A DNA stretch of 55,186 nt from a virus (Duplodnaviria; Caudoviricetes). The stretch is taken from positions 1 to 55,186 of IMG/VR virus record IMGVR_UViG_3300030104_000268. One strand, written 5' to 3'. Below the pieces are notes generated by a model. The model had not been told where the DNA came from and did no database searches. It worked only from the letters and a program-made list of their open reading frames with translations. A program made the position numbers and the translations under genes. Positions 43,171 through 53,937 of this stretch are shown in pieces (position 1 is the first letter of the stretch; the number at the start of each line of letters is the position of its first letter).

Positions 43171-43443
43171 TTAGCCTGTAAAACTATCAGCAGCAGTTAT
43201 AGCTGCATTGATTGCTGTAAAGTCCTTGCTACCCCAATCTGAGTATGTATCCTTCTGGTGCTTGAGGTATCCTACACTACGACTTACACGAGCCTTCTTT
43301 TCGTCATGTGTCATGTCGTATGCAAAGTCTGCTGATGTAGCAGAGTTACCTTTGTTATGTGTTGCAATTACAGAATTAACTGTATCTGCCCCATTAAGAC
43401 AAGCCTTATATGCCTGTTCTATTACTTCTGTTTCTCTAGCCAT
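43171..43443 (-). CDS. Hypothetical tail-fibre-associated protein
   Basis: 90 aa downstream of the fibre; AGGAG RBS. Confidence 0.55.
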   Translation of the reverse strand: MARETEVIEQAYKACLNGADTVNSVIATHNKGNSATSADFAYDMTHDEKKARVSRSVGYLKHQKDTYSDWGSKDFTAINAAITAADSFTG

Positions 43444-44080
43444 TGTTCATTTCTCCTATATTAATGTTACCAGATATTGATATTCTTTCACCATCATCAT
43501 TATAAAAGGGAAAGACCTGATGAAGTAAGCATGAAGGAAACATTACCATATATCCTTCTGCTTGTTTCTCCATATTATATGCAAAGGTTGACACCCTGCC
43601 TAACGTATTTGTGTAACTAAATGCAAAGTTACTTATGTGATTGTCTGCATTTGACTCTGCACAGATAGGTAGCTTGCGTTGTTCTTCATAGGACGTAGGT
43701 ATCTGCATCCATATTACAAAGCTGTAAACACCTGCATGATCATGTGGTGGATTAAACTCGTTCTGCTTTTGGAAGTTTACCCATAGGCTTTCTAAGTTAA
43801 ACCCTTCATCTTCTTTCATGCCTAAACGATAGGGTGTTCCATAATCTTCTAAGTGCTTCCTCATATAGGCTGGTATTACCTCACCTACAAAGTCTTCTAT
43901 TAAATCTGACTTACTATCTAGTCTAATAGAAGAACTGATGTTACCTGCTAGTTCAGGCTTCATATCTTCTGGTTTTTCTCTTGCTTCGTTTATTAATGTC
44001 CACAAGTCATCAACTATTTCTTCTGATAGTTTTCCTTCCACTACCCCAATGTTAGGGAAGTTTCTTGCTAGTAGTTCCAT
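43436..44080 (-). CDS. 2OG-Fe(II) oxygenase-like protein
   Basis: WVN...NPPHDH...FP..L.HQV.P...RISISGN. Confidence 0.8.
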   Translation of the reverse strand: MELLARNFPNIGVVEGKLSEEIVDDLWTLINEAREKPEDMKPELAGNISSSIRLDSKSDLIEDFVGEVIPAYMRKHLEDYGTPYRLGMKEDEGFNLESLWVNFQKQNEFNPPHDHAGVYSFVIWMQIPTSYEEQRKLPICAESNADNHISNFAFSYTNTLGRVSTFAYNMEKQAEGYMVMFPSCLLHQVFPFYNDDGERISISGNINIGEMNNG

Positions 44081-44083
44081 TGT

Positions 44084-47000
44084 TTATCCTTCTAGTGTTG
44101 CTATTCGTGCTTCTAGGGCATCGTTCTTTGCTGATAGTTCTTGTAGTGCTTTGACTAGGATTGGTACAAACTTGCTGTACTGCATACCGTACTGTTTACC
44201 GTCATCAGATAAAGATGTTACTAAATTAGTTTTATCTGCAATCTTATAGCCAGCAGCTTTTTCTAACACCTCAACTTCTTGAGCTTTAAATCCTACGTCT
44301 AACCAATCTTCTTTATGTGTTCCATCAGGTGTTTGGGCATCAAGATCATAATCGTCAGCAGTTCTGTCACCATATCTAGCTCGTTTATCCCACTTATAAG
44401 TTACAGGATTAAGTGCTTTTACAAAATCAAGTCCAACATCTAATGCAGTAAAATCTGTCTTATCTCGTTGGTCAGAAGCTACCGTCCAATCAGCTTGAAT
44501 ATGACAAGCACCAATAGTTTCATTTCCTAAAGCTATTGTATTGTTACCTGTGGTAATATTGCCACCAGGACTACCTGTTCGCCCTGCATTATGACCTAAC
44601 ACCAAATTGTTGATACCACTTGAAATAGCAGCCCCTGCTGCTGTACCTAAGCCTGTGTTATCAGTGCCTGTGCAAACTTCTAGTGCAGAAACCCCAACTG
44701 CTACGTTACCGTCACCACAATTACCACTCAATGCCTGATAACCCACTGCTACATTTTCTTGACCATCATCAGTACCATCACCTGCTTCAGCACCTATAAA
44801 GGTGTTAAAAAATCCTGTTATATTAGTTGTACCTGCTTCATAACCAACTGCGGTGTTGTACATATTATTTGCAGTTGCACCAGCAGAATTTTGTGATCTT
44901 AAAGAACGGTAGCCAATAGCTACACAACGACTACCTACATCATCAGTCTCTAATGCTTCACGGCCTATAGCCACGTTATAAGAACCAACCGTTAATGCAC
45001 GGGCAGCTTGATAACCCATAATTGCGTTAGCCTCGCCACTAGTACAAGAAAACAAGCTTTCAACACCTACAGTAGTATTAGCTCCACCCGTCATAGCTCC
45101 ACCACCAGATGAAGCACCGACAAAAGTATTGGCTGTTCCTGTAGTAAGACCTGAACCTGCGTTATATCCTACTGCGGTATTATTAGTATTTGTAGCTGTA
45201 GTGAGATTTTGTGTAAATAGAGCTTGGTATCCTACAGCCGTTGATTGAGAACCAAGTGTGTCACTACTCAAAGCAGTATAGCCTACAGTAGTGTTTTTAT
45301 CTGCATCAGTAAGAGCATCGCCAGCTTCACTACCTATTAAGGTATTTAATCGACCTGTTGTGACTGCTACACCTGCTTGAAAACCTACAGCAGTATTGTA
45401 GGTCTCCGTAGCTGTAGTAAAATTTTGATTACTCAATGCAGTATAACCAATTGCAGTAGACCTGCTGCCTAATGTATCAGCATCTAATGCAAGAGCACCT
45501 ACTGCGGTATTAAGAGCACCTGTTGTAATAGCATTACCTGCATCAAAACCTACTGCTGTATTATAAACACTAGTTGCAGTGCTATTGCTTTGATTTGCAA
45601 GACTAGAATTACCTATAGCTACACTAAAAGAACCTGCTACTTCAGAAGTTAATGCGTTCATCCCTACTGCTGTATTATGACCGCCAGTAGTTATAGCATC
45701 TCCAGAACTACCTCCTACAAGGGTATTTAATGTACCTGTAGTGACTGCATTACCTGCACCACTTCCAACAGCTACATTAAACATATTTGTAGCTGTAGTA
45801 GGATTTTGTGTTGCTAAAGTATCATTACCAATAGCTGTAGAATAACTGCCTAGTTGATTTGCAGTTAATGCCCTTGTACCAACCGCAGTATTAAAGTCTG
45901 CATCTGTTATTGCGTCACCTGCTAGTCCACCTATAATAGTGTTGTCTACACCTGTTGTGACTGATAGCCCTGCATTATGACCTATGGCTACGTTGTAATT
46001 ATCTGTGGCTGTTGTAAAATTTTGATTAAGTAAAGCACCATGCCCAATAGCAACTGCTCTGCTACCTTTTGTGTCAGAGCTTAATGCAGCAACCCCTAAA
46101 ACTTGATTAAACGATCCAATAGTAAGTGCATCACCTGCAAGTCCACCAATAAGGTTGTTAGACTCGCCTGTTGTAACTGATAATCCTGCATCTGTGCCTA
46201 CGGCAGTATTGTACATATCCGTAGCTGTTGTTGGATTTTGAACTAGCAACGCCTGATTGCCAATAGCTACTGACCTGTTTCCAAGAACATTAGCACTTAA
46301 TGTCTGATAACCTACTGCTGTATTTAAGTCTGCATCAGTCATTGCGTCACCAGCTAATGCACCTACAAGTGTGTTGCGTATGCCTGTTGTAACTGCTGCT
46401 CCTGTTTGATATCCAACAGCAACATTATAACCATCCGTTGCTGTAGCATAGTTTTGGGCTGATAGTGCATCTGCACCCACTGCTGTTGACTTACTTCCTA
46501 CATCATCACTAGTTAGTGCAGCATGACCTATAGCTGTATTATCACTTCCTGTAGTTAAAGCATCGCCAGTAAATGCACCTATAAGATTATTTCTTAAACC
46601 TGTTGAAACTACATTACCAGCAGAAAAACCAACAGCTACATTATACGTATCTGTAGCTGTAGTTGGATTTTGTTCGTTTAAGGCAGTATCACCAATCGCA
46701 ACAGCCCTACTACCAAGAACATTTGAACTTAATGCACTGTGTCCTATTGCCACATTAAAGTCTGCATCTGTTATTGCGTCCCCTGCTAAAGCACCGACAA
46801 GAATGTTGCGTATACCTGTTGTGATATCATTACCTGCATCATGTCCTACTGCTACGTTGAAAGCATCTGTAGCTGTAGTGAAGTTTTGAGTAGCTAATGC
46901 TTGATTCCCAACAGCCGTTGTTTTACTGCCTAAAGTATCACCAGTTAAAGCTCCTCTTCCTATCGCTGTATTAGCACCTCCTGTTGTAAGAGCATCACCT

Positions 47001-48688
47001 GCTCTACCTCCAACAAGTACATTATCTACACCTGTAGTCAAAGATAATCCTGCAAGGTACCCAATTGCTACATTTTCAGCGTCTGCACCAGCATTAAGAG
47101 TTTTTAACGCTTGATAACCCATTGCGGTATTTCTGCTATTTGCATCTTCCGTTTTAAGTGCCTCAAATCCTACAGCTACATTAAAATCACCAGTAGTAAT
47201 TGCAGTACCAGCTTCATCACCTATAAGCACATTATAGTTACCGCCAGATAAAATGCTGTTACCTGCATTACCACCTAGCTTAACGTTTGATGTACCTAGT
47301 GTTGTAGTAGAGATAGAGTCAGATGCCGTTAGTATTATATTAGCCTCACCAGCTATGGTCATCGTTCCATCAGTATTTTGATGTATAAAAGTTGCAGCAT
47401 CACCAAATGTTAATTTGTTAGTGCTATTTAGAGTTAATCCTGTTCCATCAGTATGTGTAAGGGTAGTGTCATCATCGTCACCAAAAGAAAGTATTGCACC
47501 ATCATGCTGTAGTTCTAAATCTTGAGTAAGTGTAACATCACCATCAGCACCTATAGCAATAGCATCAGGATCACTGGCAGAACCAATAGTACCAGCATCT
47601 TTAATAATAAAGTCATCTGCAATAGTAAGCAAACCTGCAGAGCTTAGTGTCATTTTAGCAGTGGCACTAGCAGCAGCAGTTTCAGATGCACCAGTAGTAA
47701 ATACTAATTTAGTAGAGTTAACACTAGAGGTAAACTCTGCCTCTGCTATAGCATGGATACCTGCAGCTACAGTAGCAGCATCTGTACCACTATCATCTCC
47801 TGCAGCAAACTCAATAGAACCAATAACTTCATTTGCAGTTATTTCATTTTCCTCAGATTTAAGTTGTACTACTATTGGTTTATTATCACCTGTATTGGTG
47901 TTGGTAACTGTCAAACCTGTATCTGCTACATGAGTAACAGTTATTTCATTGTCAACACCAAAACCTAGCACAGCAGCATCACTGTCTAGTTTTAAGTCAT
48001 TGCTAACTAAGACTGCAGTAGAAGCGTTAATGTCAACTGTAGCCTCGCCATCTATACGTAGTACACCATCAGATGATTGCTGTACAAATGACGCAGCGTC
48101 ACCAAAGGTCAGCTTGTTTGTACTATTTAATGTAAGACCTGTGCCATCTGTGTGTGTAATTGTAGTGTCGTTGTCTGCGCCAAAACCTAGTACGGCAGAG
48201 TCACTGTCTAATTTTAAGTCATTACTTACTAGCACTGCAGTAGATGCATTTATATCAACCGTAGGTGCTGTTATTTCTAGTTCTGTATCAGCATCTATAT
48301 CTAGCTGACCATCTGTACTTGAGTTTATAAATATTGCAGTGTCACGAAACTGTACTTTTTTATCCGTAGCAACAAGCATGTCCCTACCAAAACCATCAAT
48401 GTAAGCTACACCATCCAGATATAAATCTTTAAACTCTAAGGCATCTGTACCCAAGTCTATTGCATTATTTGATTTAGGTGAAACAATTGTAGCACTAATG
48501 GTAATATCCTGTGCAGGACCAACAACAGATACTGGCCCACCCTCAGCAGATGTACCATCATGTGTGTGACCACTTGTAGAAAATGCAGTTACAATGGCAT
48601 CAAACTCTCCATCAAAGTCTGCAGCATTAATAACATTACCGTCAGCAATATTATTGTCCGTATCGTTTCTTGTATAACCTGTTCCCAT
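44084..48688 (-). CDS. Tail fibre with YadA-like N.A[VI]G repeats and C-terminal intramolecular chaperone (peptidase S74)
   Basis: N-terminal GHTHDG anchor motif, dozens of ~14-aa NxAVG repeats, SDQRDK...GFKAQEV...LEARI. Confidence 0.88.
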   Translation of the reverse strand: MGTGYTRNDTDNNIADGNVINAADFDGEFDAIVTAFSTSGHTHDGTSAEGGPVSVVGPAQDITISATIVSPKSNNAIDLGTDALEFKDLYLDGVAYIDGFGRDMLVATDKKVQFRDTAIFINSSTDGQLDIDADTELEITAPTVDINASTAVLVSNDLKLDSDSAVLGFGADNDTTITHTDGTGLTLNSTNKLTFGDAASFVQQSSDGVLRIDGEATVDINASTAVLVSNDLKLDSDAAVLGFGVDNEITVTHVADTGLTVTNTNTGDNKPIVVQLKSEENEITANEVIGSIEFAAGDDSGTDAATVAAGIHAIAEAEFTSSVNSTKLVFTTGASETAAASATAKMTLSSAGLLTIADDFIIKDAGTIGSASDPDAIAIGADGDVTLTQDLELQHDGAILSFGDDDDTTLTHTDGTGLTLNSTNKLTFGDAATFIHQNTDGTMTIAGEANIILTASDSISTTTLGTSNVKLGGNAGNSILSGGNYNVLIGDEAGTAITTGDFNVAVGFEALKTEDANSRNTAMGYQALKTLNAGADAENVAIGYLAGLSLTTGVDNVLVGGRAGDALTTGGANTAIGRGALTGDTLGSKTTAVGNQALATQNFTTATDAFNVAVGHDAGNDITTGIRNILVGALAGDAITDADFNVAIGHSALSSNVLGSRAVAIGDTALNEQNPTTATDTYNVAVGFSAGNVVSTGLRNNLIGAFTGDALTTGSDNTAIGHAALTSDDVGSKSTAVGADALSAQNYATATDGYNVAVGYQTGAAVTTGIRNTLVGALAGDAMTDADLNTAVGYQTLSANVLGNRSVAIGNQALLVQNPTTATDMYNTAVGTDAGLSVTTGESNNLIGGLAGDALTIGSFNQVLGVAALSSDTKGSRAVAIGHGALLNQNFTTATDNYNVAIGHNAGLSVTTGVDNTIIGGLAGDAITDADFNTAVGTRALTANQLGSYSTAIGNDTLATQNPTTATNMFNVAVGSGAGNAVTTGTLNTLVGGSSGDAITTGGHNTAVGMNALTSEVAGSFSVAIGNSSLANQSNSTATSVYNTAVGFDAGNAITTGALNTAVGALALDADTLGSRSTAIGYTALSNQNFTTATETYNTAVGFQAGVAVTTGRLNTLIGSEAGDALTDADKNTTVGYTALSSDTLGSQSTAVGYQALFTQNLTTATNTNNTAVGYNAGSGLTTGTANTFVGASSGGGAMTGGANTTVGVESLFSCTSGEANAIMGYQAARALTVGSYNVAIGREALETDDVGSRCVAIGYRSLRSQNSAGATANNMYNTAVGYEAGTTNITGFFNTFIGAEAGDGTDDGQENVAVGYQALSGNCGDGNVAVGVSALEVCTGTDNTGLGTAAGAAISSGINNLVLGHNAGRTGSPGGNITTGNNTIALGNETIGACHIQADWTVASDQRDKTDFTALDVGLDFVKALNPVTYKWDKRARYGDRTADDYDLDAQTPDGTHKEDWLDVGFKAQEVEVLEKAAGYKIADKTNLVTSLSDDGKQYGMQYSKFVPILVKALQELSAKNDALEARIATLEG

Positions 48689-48692
48689 AATC

Positions 48693-51089
48693 TTACCTTC
48701 TTGTGTTTGTTCCGTACTCTAGTGTCACCGTGTCAAGTGAAAAAGGTGGGTCTGTACTATCACTTCTAAATTGAACTGCTGTTGTAAATCCTGTACCAAC
48801 TGTTTGTGTTTTAAATAAGTTTTGAACCTTACCGCCAAATACAACTGCGGCATTTGTAATTCTAACATTACTTATTGTAGATGTCAATGCATTACTTATA
48901 GTAATTGCAGTGCTTTTAAATGTTAAGTCTACATTATCTGTTAGACTATTTGCTTTTGATAAAACAATATTATTTTGATCTGTTACTGTAGTTACAAATG
49001 TATCAGTCTTAACTCCTGTCCCTGATACACCCATACCCACCGCAATTGTTCCACTGTTATTATCCAATACTAAACTTGTAGTATTAGCCGTAACACCATT
49101 TACTTTAGCTGTAGCTGTTGTAGTTGTTCCTATATCTGATGTTCCTGTTGAGGTAATAGTAGTATCACTAGGTATACCAGTACCAGCTATTGTATCTCCA
49201 AAAACCATATTGGTATTATCTGCTACTGTTATTGTAGTTCCTCCACTAGAACCAGAACCCGTTGTAGCAAACTTAGCAAAAGTATTTACACCAAAAAATG
49301 CAATCTGTGCAGTTTCGTTAGAAAAAGTTATTCCTGCAGGTTGCACAGAGTTTAGTTCGTCAAAGTCAAACTTTAAATTGAATGTAAAGTTAACTGCACC
49401 CTGTGGATCTGTAAATAGATTTGCTTTATAAACTGTCTTACGTATTCTTGGGTCGTTAATAGGCATAAATGGTGATAGATATTCTGCAGATATATTAGAC
49501 CCATCAAAACTATTACCATCCTCCATCTGATAAAGAAAACCATTATCGCCAGAAAATAATACTTTTTCGTTTGCACCCACCATTTTACTTGATGCAGAGA
49601 ATACTTCCATACCTCTTATCTCTGCAAAAGAAAAGTCTGCACCACCTTGAGGAGAGAACTGTGTGGCTATAATACCCTTTGCTGCAGCACCTACTTGATC
49701 AGGATTAAAAGCAAACAATCTGTACTGTGACTTAGCCCTAATAACTAAACTGGTAAACAAACTAGCAGACTGTATAAAGTTACCTAGAGTAGCCTGTATT
49801 GACTTAGATATAATACCCAAACCAAAGTCACCAATACGATCAGTAGCACCTAGTAGTCTTAAACCATCAGCAGTGAGAAACATAACATCCCCACCTATTT
49901 CTTGAATGGTATCTCCATCAATACATCCAATGTCTTCACTAATAGGTGCTAACGCAAAGTTAGCCAAGGATGTACCTGATATTTGTTGGATAGTCCTATC
50001 CGTAAATATTATAAGTGATTCTCTAAAAGGTATTAAACCAGTAACGGAACCACCAACTCTAAAACTACCACCACCATTACCAGAAGTAAAATCACTATCT
50101 AATAGTGGACCAGTAAAAGTAACCACATCTCCTTTACCATAAAACAGATGCTTCTTAAAAGGAGATACGTGTGTTGCAGATATTACATCTGATGGTGCTC
50201 CTGTAAGCTCTACAAAGCTAGTACCATCATATAGTGCAGGTGGGTTAGCTCCATCAACTATTGCAACCTTACGTGTTCCTGTAAAGTTATACTCAGCAAA
50301 CCTAGTTCTACCTGCGCCCTCTCTGTTTAAACTTATAAATGTTACAACTGCATTATCAGCAGGAGTGGATGCTAGATTAGGACTTATTGCTAGTGTCTGT
50401 CCACCTGTACCACCAGCATCAGAGGTTACTGTATATACCTTGTCAACACTAGCTATGGTAAACATATCTCCTATCTGAGGAGCAACAGTTAATCCATCTA
50501 CTGCTAATGTACCACCTGAGTTAGACCCACCATTAACCAATACAGTACCATACGCAGGTACATTTACTTTTGTAAACCCACTACCAGATGTTTTATACAA
50601 GTCTGAGTTTAGTGCTACAATAACATCATCACCAAAAACTTCTACACCCTGTGTTCTATAAGGAGTAGAGTAACTTGTAAATGTTAATGCTGCTCCGTTT
50701 GCAGGACTAGAATCTAAACTAGTGGATAGTGTTAGTGTTGTTCTGTTATTAGTAGCATCAAAAGATACACCCGTTATGGTATATGTACCATCTACCCCTG
50801 CTATTGTAAATGTATCCGTTGCTACAGGTGTAGTGTGTGTTCTAGCTACAGTTAGTGTAGTTCCTGTTTGACTTGCACCATCTACAACTGCTAGTCCATA
50901 TGGTGGTATCTTGTTAGCATCAAACTTACTAAACCCAAGTATTCTTCTATACCCACCAACAATAGATGGTTCAAAGTTTTTTAAAGTTATTGCAGATCCA
51001 GGCATGTTAATACCCTGCTGCAATGGACTTATGTTTGTTACAAGTCCTCCCCTAAACTCTACGGGAAAAGTTTCTCTAGTTGTGGGCAT
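48693..51089 (-). CDS. Tail tubular protein B / nozzle-like protein with inserted beta domains
   Basis: GGL.TN, NFEPS..GGYRRI.G, DIGC..DTIQEIGGD motifs; position. Confidence 0.7.
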   Translation of the reverse strand: MPTTRETFPVEFRGGLVTNISPLQQGINMPGSAITLKNFEPSIVGGYRRILGFSKFDANKIPPYGLAVVDGASQTGTTLTVARTHTTPVATDTFTIAGVDGTYTITGVSFDATNNRTTLTLSTSLDSSPANGAALTFTSYSTPYRTQGVEVFGDDVIVALNSDLYKTSGSGFTKVNVPAYGTVLVNGGSNSGGTLAVDGLTVAPQIGDMFTIASVDKVYTVTSDAGGTGGQTLAISPNLASTPADNAVVTFISLNREGAGRTRFAEYNFTGTRKVAIVDGANPPALYDGTSFVELTGAPSDVISATHVSPFKKHLFYGKGDVVTFTGPLLDSDFTSGNGGGSFRVGGSVTGLIPFRESLIIFTDRTIQQISGTSLANFALAPISEDIGCIDGDTIQEIGGDVMFLTADGLRLLGATDRIGDFGLGIISKSIQATLGNFIQSASLFTSLVIRAKSQYRLFAFNPDQVGAAAKGIIATQFSPQGGADFSFAEIRGMEVFSASSKMVGANEKVLFSGDNGFLYQMEDGNSFDGSNISAEYLSPFMPINDPRIRKTVYKANLFTDPQGAVNFTFNLKFDFDELNSVQPAGITFSNETAQIAFFGVNTFAKFATTGSGSSGGTTITVADNTNMVFGDTIAGTGIPSDTTITSTGTSDIGTTTTATAKVNGVTANTTSLVLDNNSGTIAVGMGVSGTGVKTDTFVTTVTDQNNIVLSKANSLTDNVDLTFKSTAITISNALTSTISNVRITNAAVVFGGKVQNLFKTQTVGTGFTTAVQFRSDSTDPPFSLDTVTLEYGTNTRR

Positions 51090-51092
51090 AGT

Positions 51093-52037
51093 TTAAAAAA
51101 CCCTGCTAGGTAAAATTTTAGTATTCATTGTCCCAGTATTAACAACATTTGATCTAATGTAGTCATACTTATTTATATAAAGAGTACGCATATGTTTTAT
51201 GCCATCATCAAAAGCACTCTTCATAATTACTGACTCTTGTGTTTCCCCTCTAAACATATAACTTATGTGCATAGCTCCGTCTACAATTACATACCTAAAC
51301 TGCACTGGCAAACTAGGTACATCTGTTGCAGATGATAAATCAGTAGGTAGTTTAAAAAAATCAAACTCTAACACATATTGTTTGTTTGGGTATGGGTATA
51401 ATAAATAATTATTGTCAGGGGTTCTTACAATAAATCTAGGTATTTCTCCCTCAGAAAACTGTGTTACTACTGTGCTATTATCTATAGCTGCTGCTGTTGT
51501 ACTATTAGCTCCTCTGGTACATCCAGTAAAATCATTACCTGTTATACCCGTGTAAGTTATCTGTTCTCCACCTATAAACAAAGTACCTGTTGTACTAAAA
51601 CCTGTGCTTGATGCTACGGATATTGTTGTAACAGAATCAGATAAACCACTACTAGCATTAATAGTTGTAGACTGTATATCATCCTCTTGGTTTGCATACT
51701 CTCTAGATATATACTCTTTATAATCTAAAAGGTTTAAATTATTACCAAAAGAACCTAAGTCAGTATCTTTTTTAATCCTAGCTGTAGAATAGTCTACGTG
51801 TTTAGCTGTTGTAGGTATTGAATATCTTACTACACCTGGAGTTAGTGTTTTTGTTTCCGTATCATGGTTAAACGGAAAACCATACTCATGTTGATTAATA
51901 TATCTTATTGATGCATTTACAGCATCCTTTACCATAGCATACTCACCTATAGCAGATCCAAAATTACTAGATGTAAGTTCTACCTCATTTAGTCTTCTGT
52001 TAACATCATTGACTAAACCTAAATAATCATATGCCAT
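51093..52037 (-). CDS. Tail tubular protein A / adaptor
   Basis: YL.LVN.V..RLNEV N-terminus, L.P.P, P..F..VIVDGA; position after the capsid genes. Confidence 0.7.
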   Translation of the reverse strand: MAYDYLGLVNDVNRRLNEVELTSSNFGSAIGEYAMVKDAVNASIRYINQHEYGFPFNHDTETKTLTPGVVRYSIPTTAKHVDYSTARIKKDTDLGSFGNNLNLLDYKEYISREYANQEDDIQSTTINASSGLSDSVTTISVASSTGFSTTGTLFIGGEQITYTGITGNDFTGCTRGANSTTAAAIDNSTVVTQFSEGEIPRFIVRTPDNNYLLYPYPNKQYVLEFDFFKLPTDLSSATDVPSLPVQFRYVIVDGAMHISYMFRGETQESVIMKSAFDDGIKHMRTLYINKYDYIRSNVVNTGTMNTKILPSRVF

Positions 52038-52060
52038 TATTATTCCTTAGTGTAAGCTAA

Positions 52061-52088
52061 GGGGGTTAACCTAAGCTAACCCCCAAAG
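52061..52088 (-). terminator. Probable terminator hairpin after the capsid operon
   Basis: ggggtta...taacccc inverted repeat in the intergenic gap. Confidence 0.45.
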
Positions 52089-52090
52089 TC

Positions 52091-52627
52091 TTATGCTAGT
52101 AGATCACGATCCACTTCTTGAGCAGAACTAGACTGTGAGACATCATCCATCATTACGCATACTGCGTAAACACGAATAGTGCCACCAGTGATGGTTCCAC
52201 TTGATGCATGTATTTCTACATCAATAGTATCTGCTGATGCAGTAAATGCTGGTAGATTAGAACATACACCTGAAGATGTAACTGCAGGAGTGTGATCTCC
52301 TACAGATGCAGCATCTAGGTCAAATGATGCAGCAAAGATATCTACATCTGTTCCAGTAATACCAATATGCAAAGCAGAGTCACTTGTAGTGCCTGTCATT
52401 GCAGCAGTAACTTCAAAACCTGAGTGCAGGATTAAAGTGTTTGCAGGAACAGCAATAGCTTCAATGATATCATTAGCTGCTAGTGCAGTTCCACCGTTTT
52501 GTAAGATAGCATCTGCAAGATCAATATCATTCTGCAGAGTTACCAAACTTCCACGAATCTGCTTGTTGCCTGTACCGCCATTGTTGGAAGTAGAGGCTGA
52601 GTTTGTGCTCATTGAGATAGTAGCCAT
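52091..52627 (-). CDS. Capsid decoration/minor capsid protein
   Basis: Beta-rich 178 aa directly after MCP; GGAGG RBS. Confidence 0.55.
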   Translation of the reverse strand: MATISMSTNSASTSNNGGTGNKQIRGSLVTLQNDIDLADAILQNGGTALAANDIIEAIAVPANTLILHSGFEVTAAMTGTTSDSALHIGITGTDVDIFAASFDLDAASVGDHTPAVTSSGVCSNLPAFTASADTIDVEIHASSGTITGGTIRVYAVCVMMDDVSQSSSAQEVDRDLLA

Positions 52628-52641
52628 AATTCAATCCTCCC

Positions 52642-53715
52642 TTACGCTGAGTTATATTTAGCAGTACAGATAGCTTCAGGACGAAGTATCTTCCTACCGT
52701 ATAGATGCATACCACGAACAATGTCAGCAAAGCTGTCAGGGTCACGATATGTTTCTGTCTTATTGATCTGCTCTGCAGTTGCAACAGCAGAATCATGTCC
52801 AGCAACAATTACACCAAAAGCTGTATTTTGGTTTGCAGTGCCTGATGTACCTGGTCCAGTACCTACTGCTGGTAGGTTAGAGGATACATATAGACGGAAG
52901 CCGTGAAAGTTATTAATCACGAGTCCGTTACGTAGGCCACCTGACTCACCGTAATCTCCATTCATGAAGCGACTGTCCTCATCGGAAAGTATCTCCATAA
53001 ATACAGGGTCGATTACCAGCCAACGCCCTTGGGTGTCAACTTGTTGTTGATCAAGCAAACGCTTCATACGTGCAATAATCATTGCAGGTGAAACAGTTGC
53101 AGTTGGAAGTGAAGTAGCACCTGGCATACGAGCAGTTACTGGGATTGAGTGATCACCAGCAGATGTCGTAGTAATATTACCAAATGAACTTTTAATCAGT
53201 TTCATGCTTGAAAGCAATTCGTCTGAACCTGCAGAGAGAACAGCTTTTTCACCACTTGCAGTAGTGTTAGCTGTATCTGCTTTTGCATGTAGAGCCGATT
53301 GTTTGAAGCCTGATAAATAACCTAGAACCTCTTGGTCATACTGATCAGCTAGACGGTAAGCTGCACGATCTGTTGCCAGATCCATGAAGTTTACGTGACT
53401 GTGTGCTTCCTCAATGTCATCCATTTTGAAAGCAAAGTAGTTTGATTTGTCAACTACTAGTGTGAAATCTTCATCGTCTAGGTCTTGTGCTGTGACAGTT
53501 GTGCCACGAGTATAAGCCTGGACTGAGATTTCAGGTTCTTTAATGATACGTACTGTATCACCTTGGGCAGCAATCTCTCCGAAATAGTCAGAGTTTGTAA
53601 TGTCACCCACGGTAGCAGCTTTACGGAACGCAAGCTGTACCTTTTTGGAATAGATTATGGGACTAAAATTACCATTAGGTAAATTCCCATAACCTGACGC
53701 ACTTGAAAAAGCCAT
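52642..53715 (-). CDS. Major capsid protein
   Basis: FSPIIYSKK, DYFGEI..QGDTV.I, GMHLYGRKILRPE; AGGAGG RBS before ATG 53715. Confidence 0.9.
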   Translation of the reverse strand: MAFSSASGYGNLPNGNFSPIIYSKKVQLAFRKAATVGDITNSDYFGEIAAQGDTVRIIKEPEISVQAYTRGTTVTAQDLDDEDFTLVVDKSNYFAFKMDDIEEAHSHVNFMDLATDRAAYRLADQYDQEVLGYLSGFKQSALHAKADTANTTASGEKAVLSAGSDELLSSMKLIKSSFGNITTTSAGDHSIPVTARMPGATSLPTATVSPAMIIARMKRLLDQQQVDTQGRWLVIDPVFMEILSDEDSRFMNGDYGESGGLRNGLVINNFHGFRLYVSSNLPAVGTGPGTSGTANQNTAFGVIVAGHDSAVATAEQINKTETYRDPDSFADIVRGMHLYGRKILRPEAICTAKYNSA

Positions 53716-53759
53716 GGTATCATCCTCCTGTAGTTTGGCTTTAGAAGCTAAACACATTG

Positions 53760-53895
53760 AAGAGGCTGTTATTTTTCTAGGGTGCAAGCATACTGATCAG
53801 GTTAGCTTGGGCCTATACTTGAACAGGTAGTTCTTATTAGTTTAGACTTTATTGAAATGAACATAAACAAAAGGTAGTCAAAAGAGGCTTTTGTT
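53760..53895 (-). ncRNA. Structured 5' leader of the MCP mRNA with three copies of a G-CC/C(U)AC-C internal loop
   Basis: Hairpin 53866-53895 and nested stems 53760-53835 and 53778-53815, paired by hand. Confidence 0.55.
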
Positions 53896-53906
53896 ATATA
53901 TCCCTA

Positions 53907-53934
53907 GTTATACTATTAACTTTCTATTTGTCAA
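53907..53934 (-). promoter_or_regulatory. Promoter for the MCP operon
   Basis: TTGACA-N16-TATAAC; shares GTATAACTAGG with the 15112 promoter. Confidence 0.65.
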
Positions 53935-53937
53935 TAG

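Noticed and set aside
44600-47300. Bacterial trimeric autotransporter adhesin (host gene)
   Set aside because: No signal peptide or membrane anchor; it has a phage fibre N-terminus and an S74 chaperone, in tail-gene context.
53716-53787. N-terminal extension of MCP as given in the ORF track
   Set aside because: The strong AGGAGG RBS precedes ATG 53715; the extension overlaps the structured leader.
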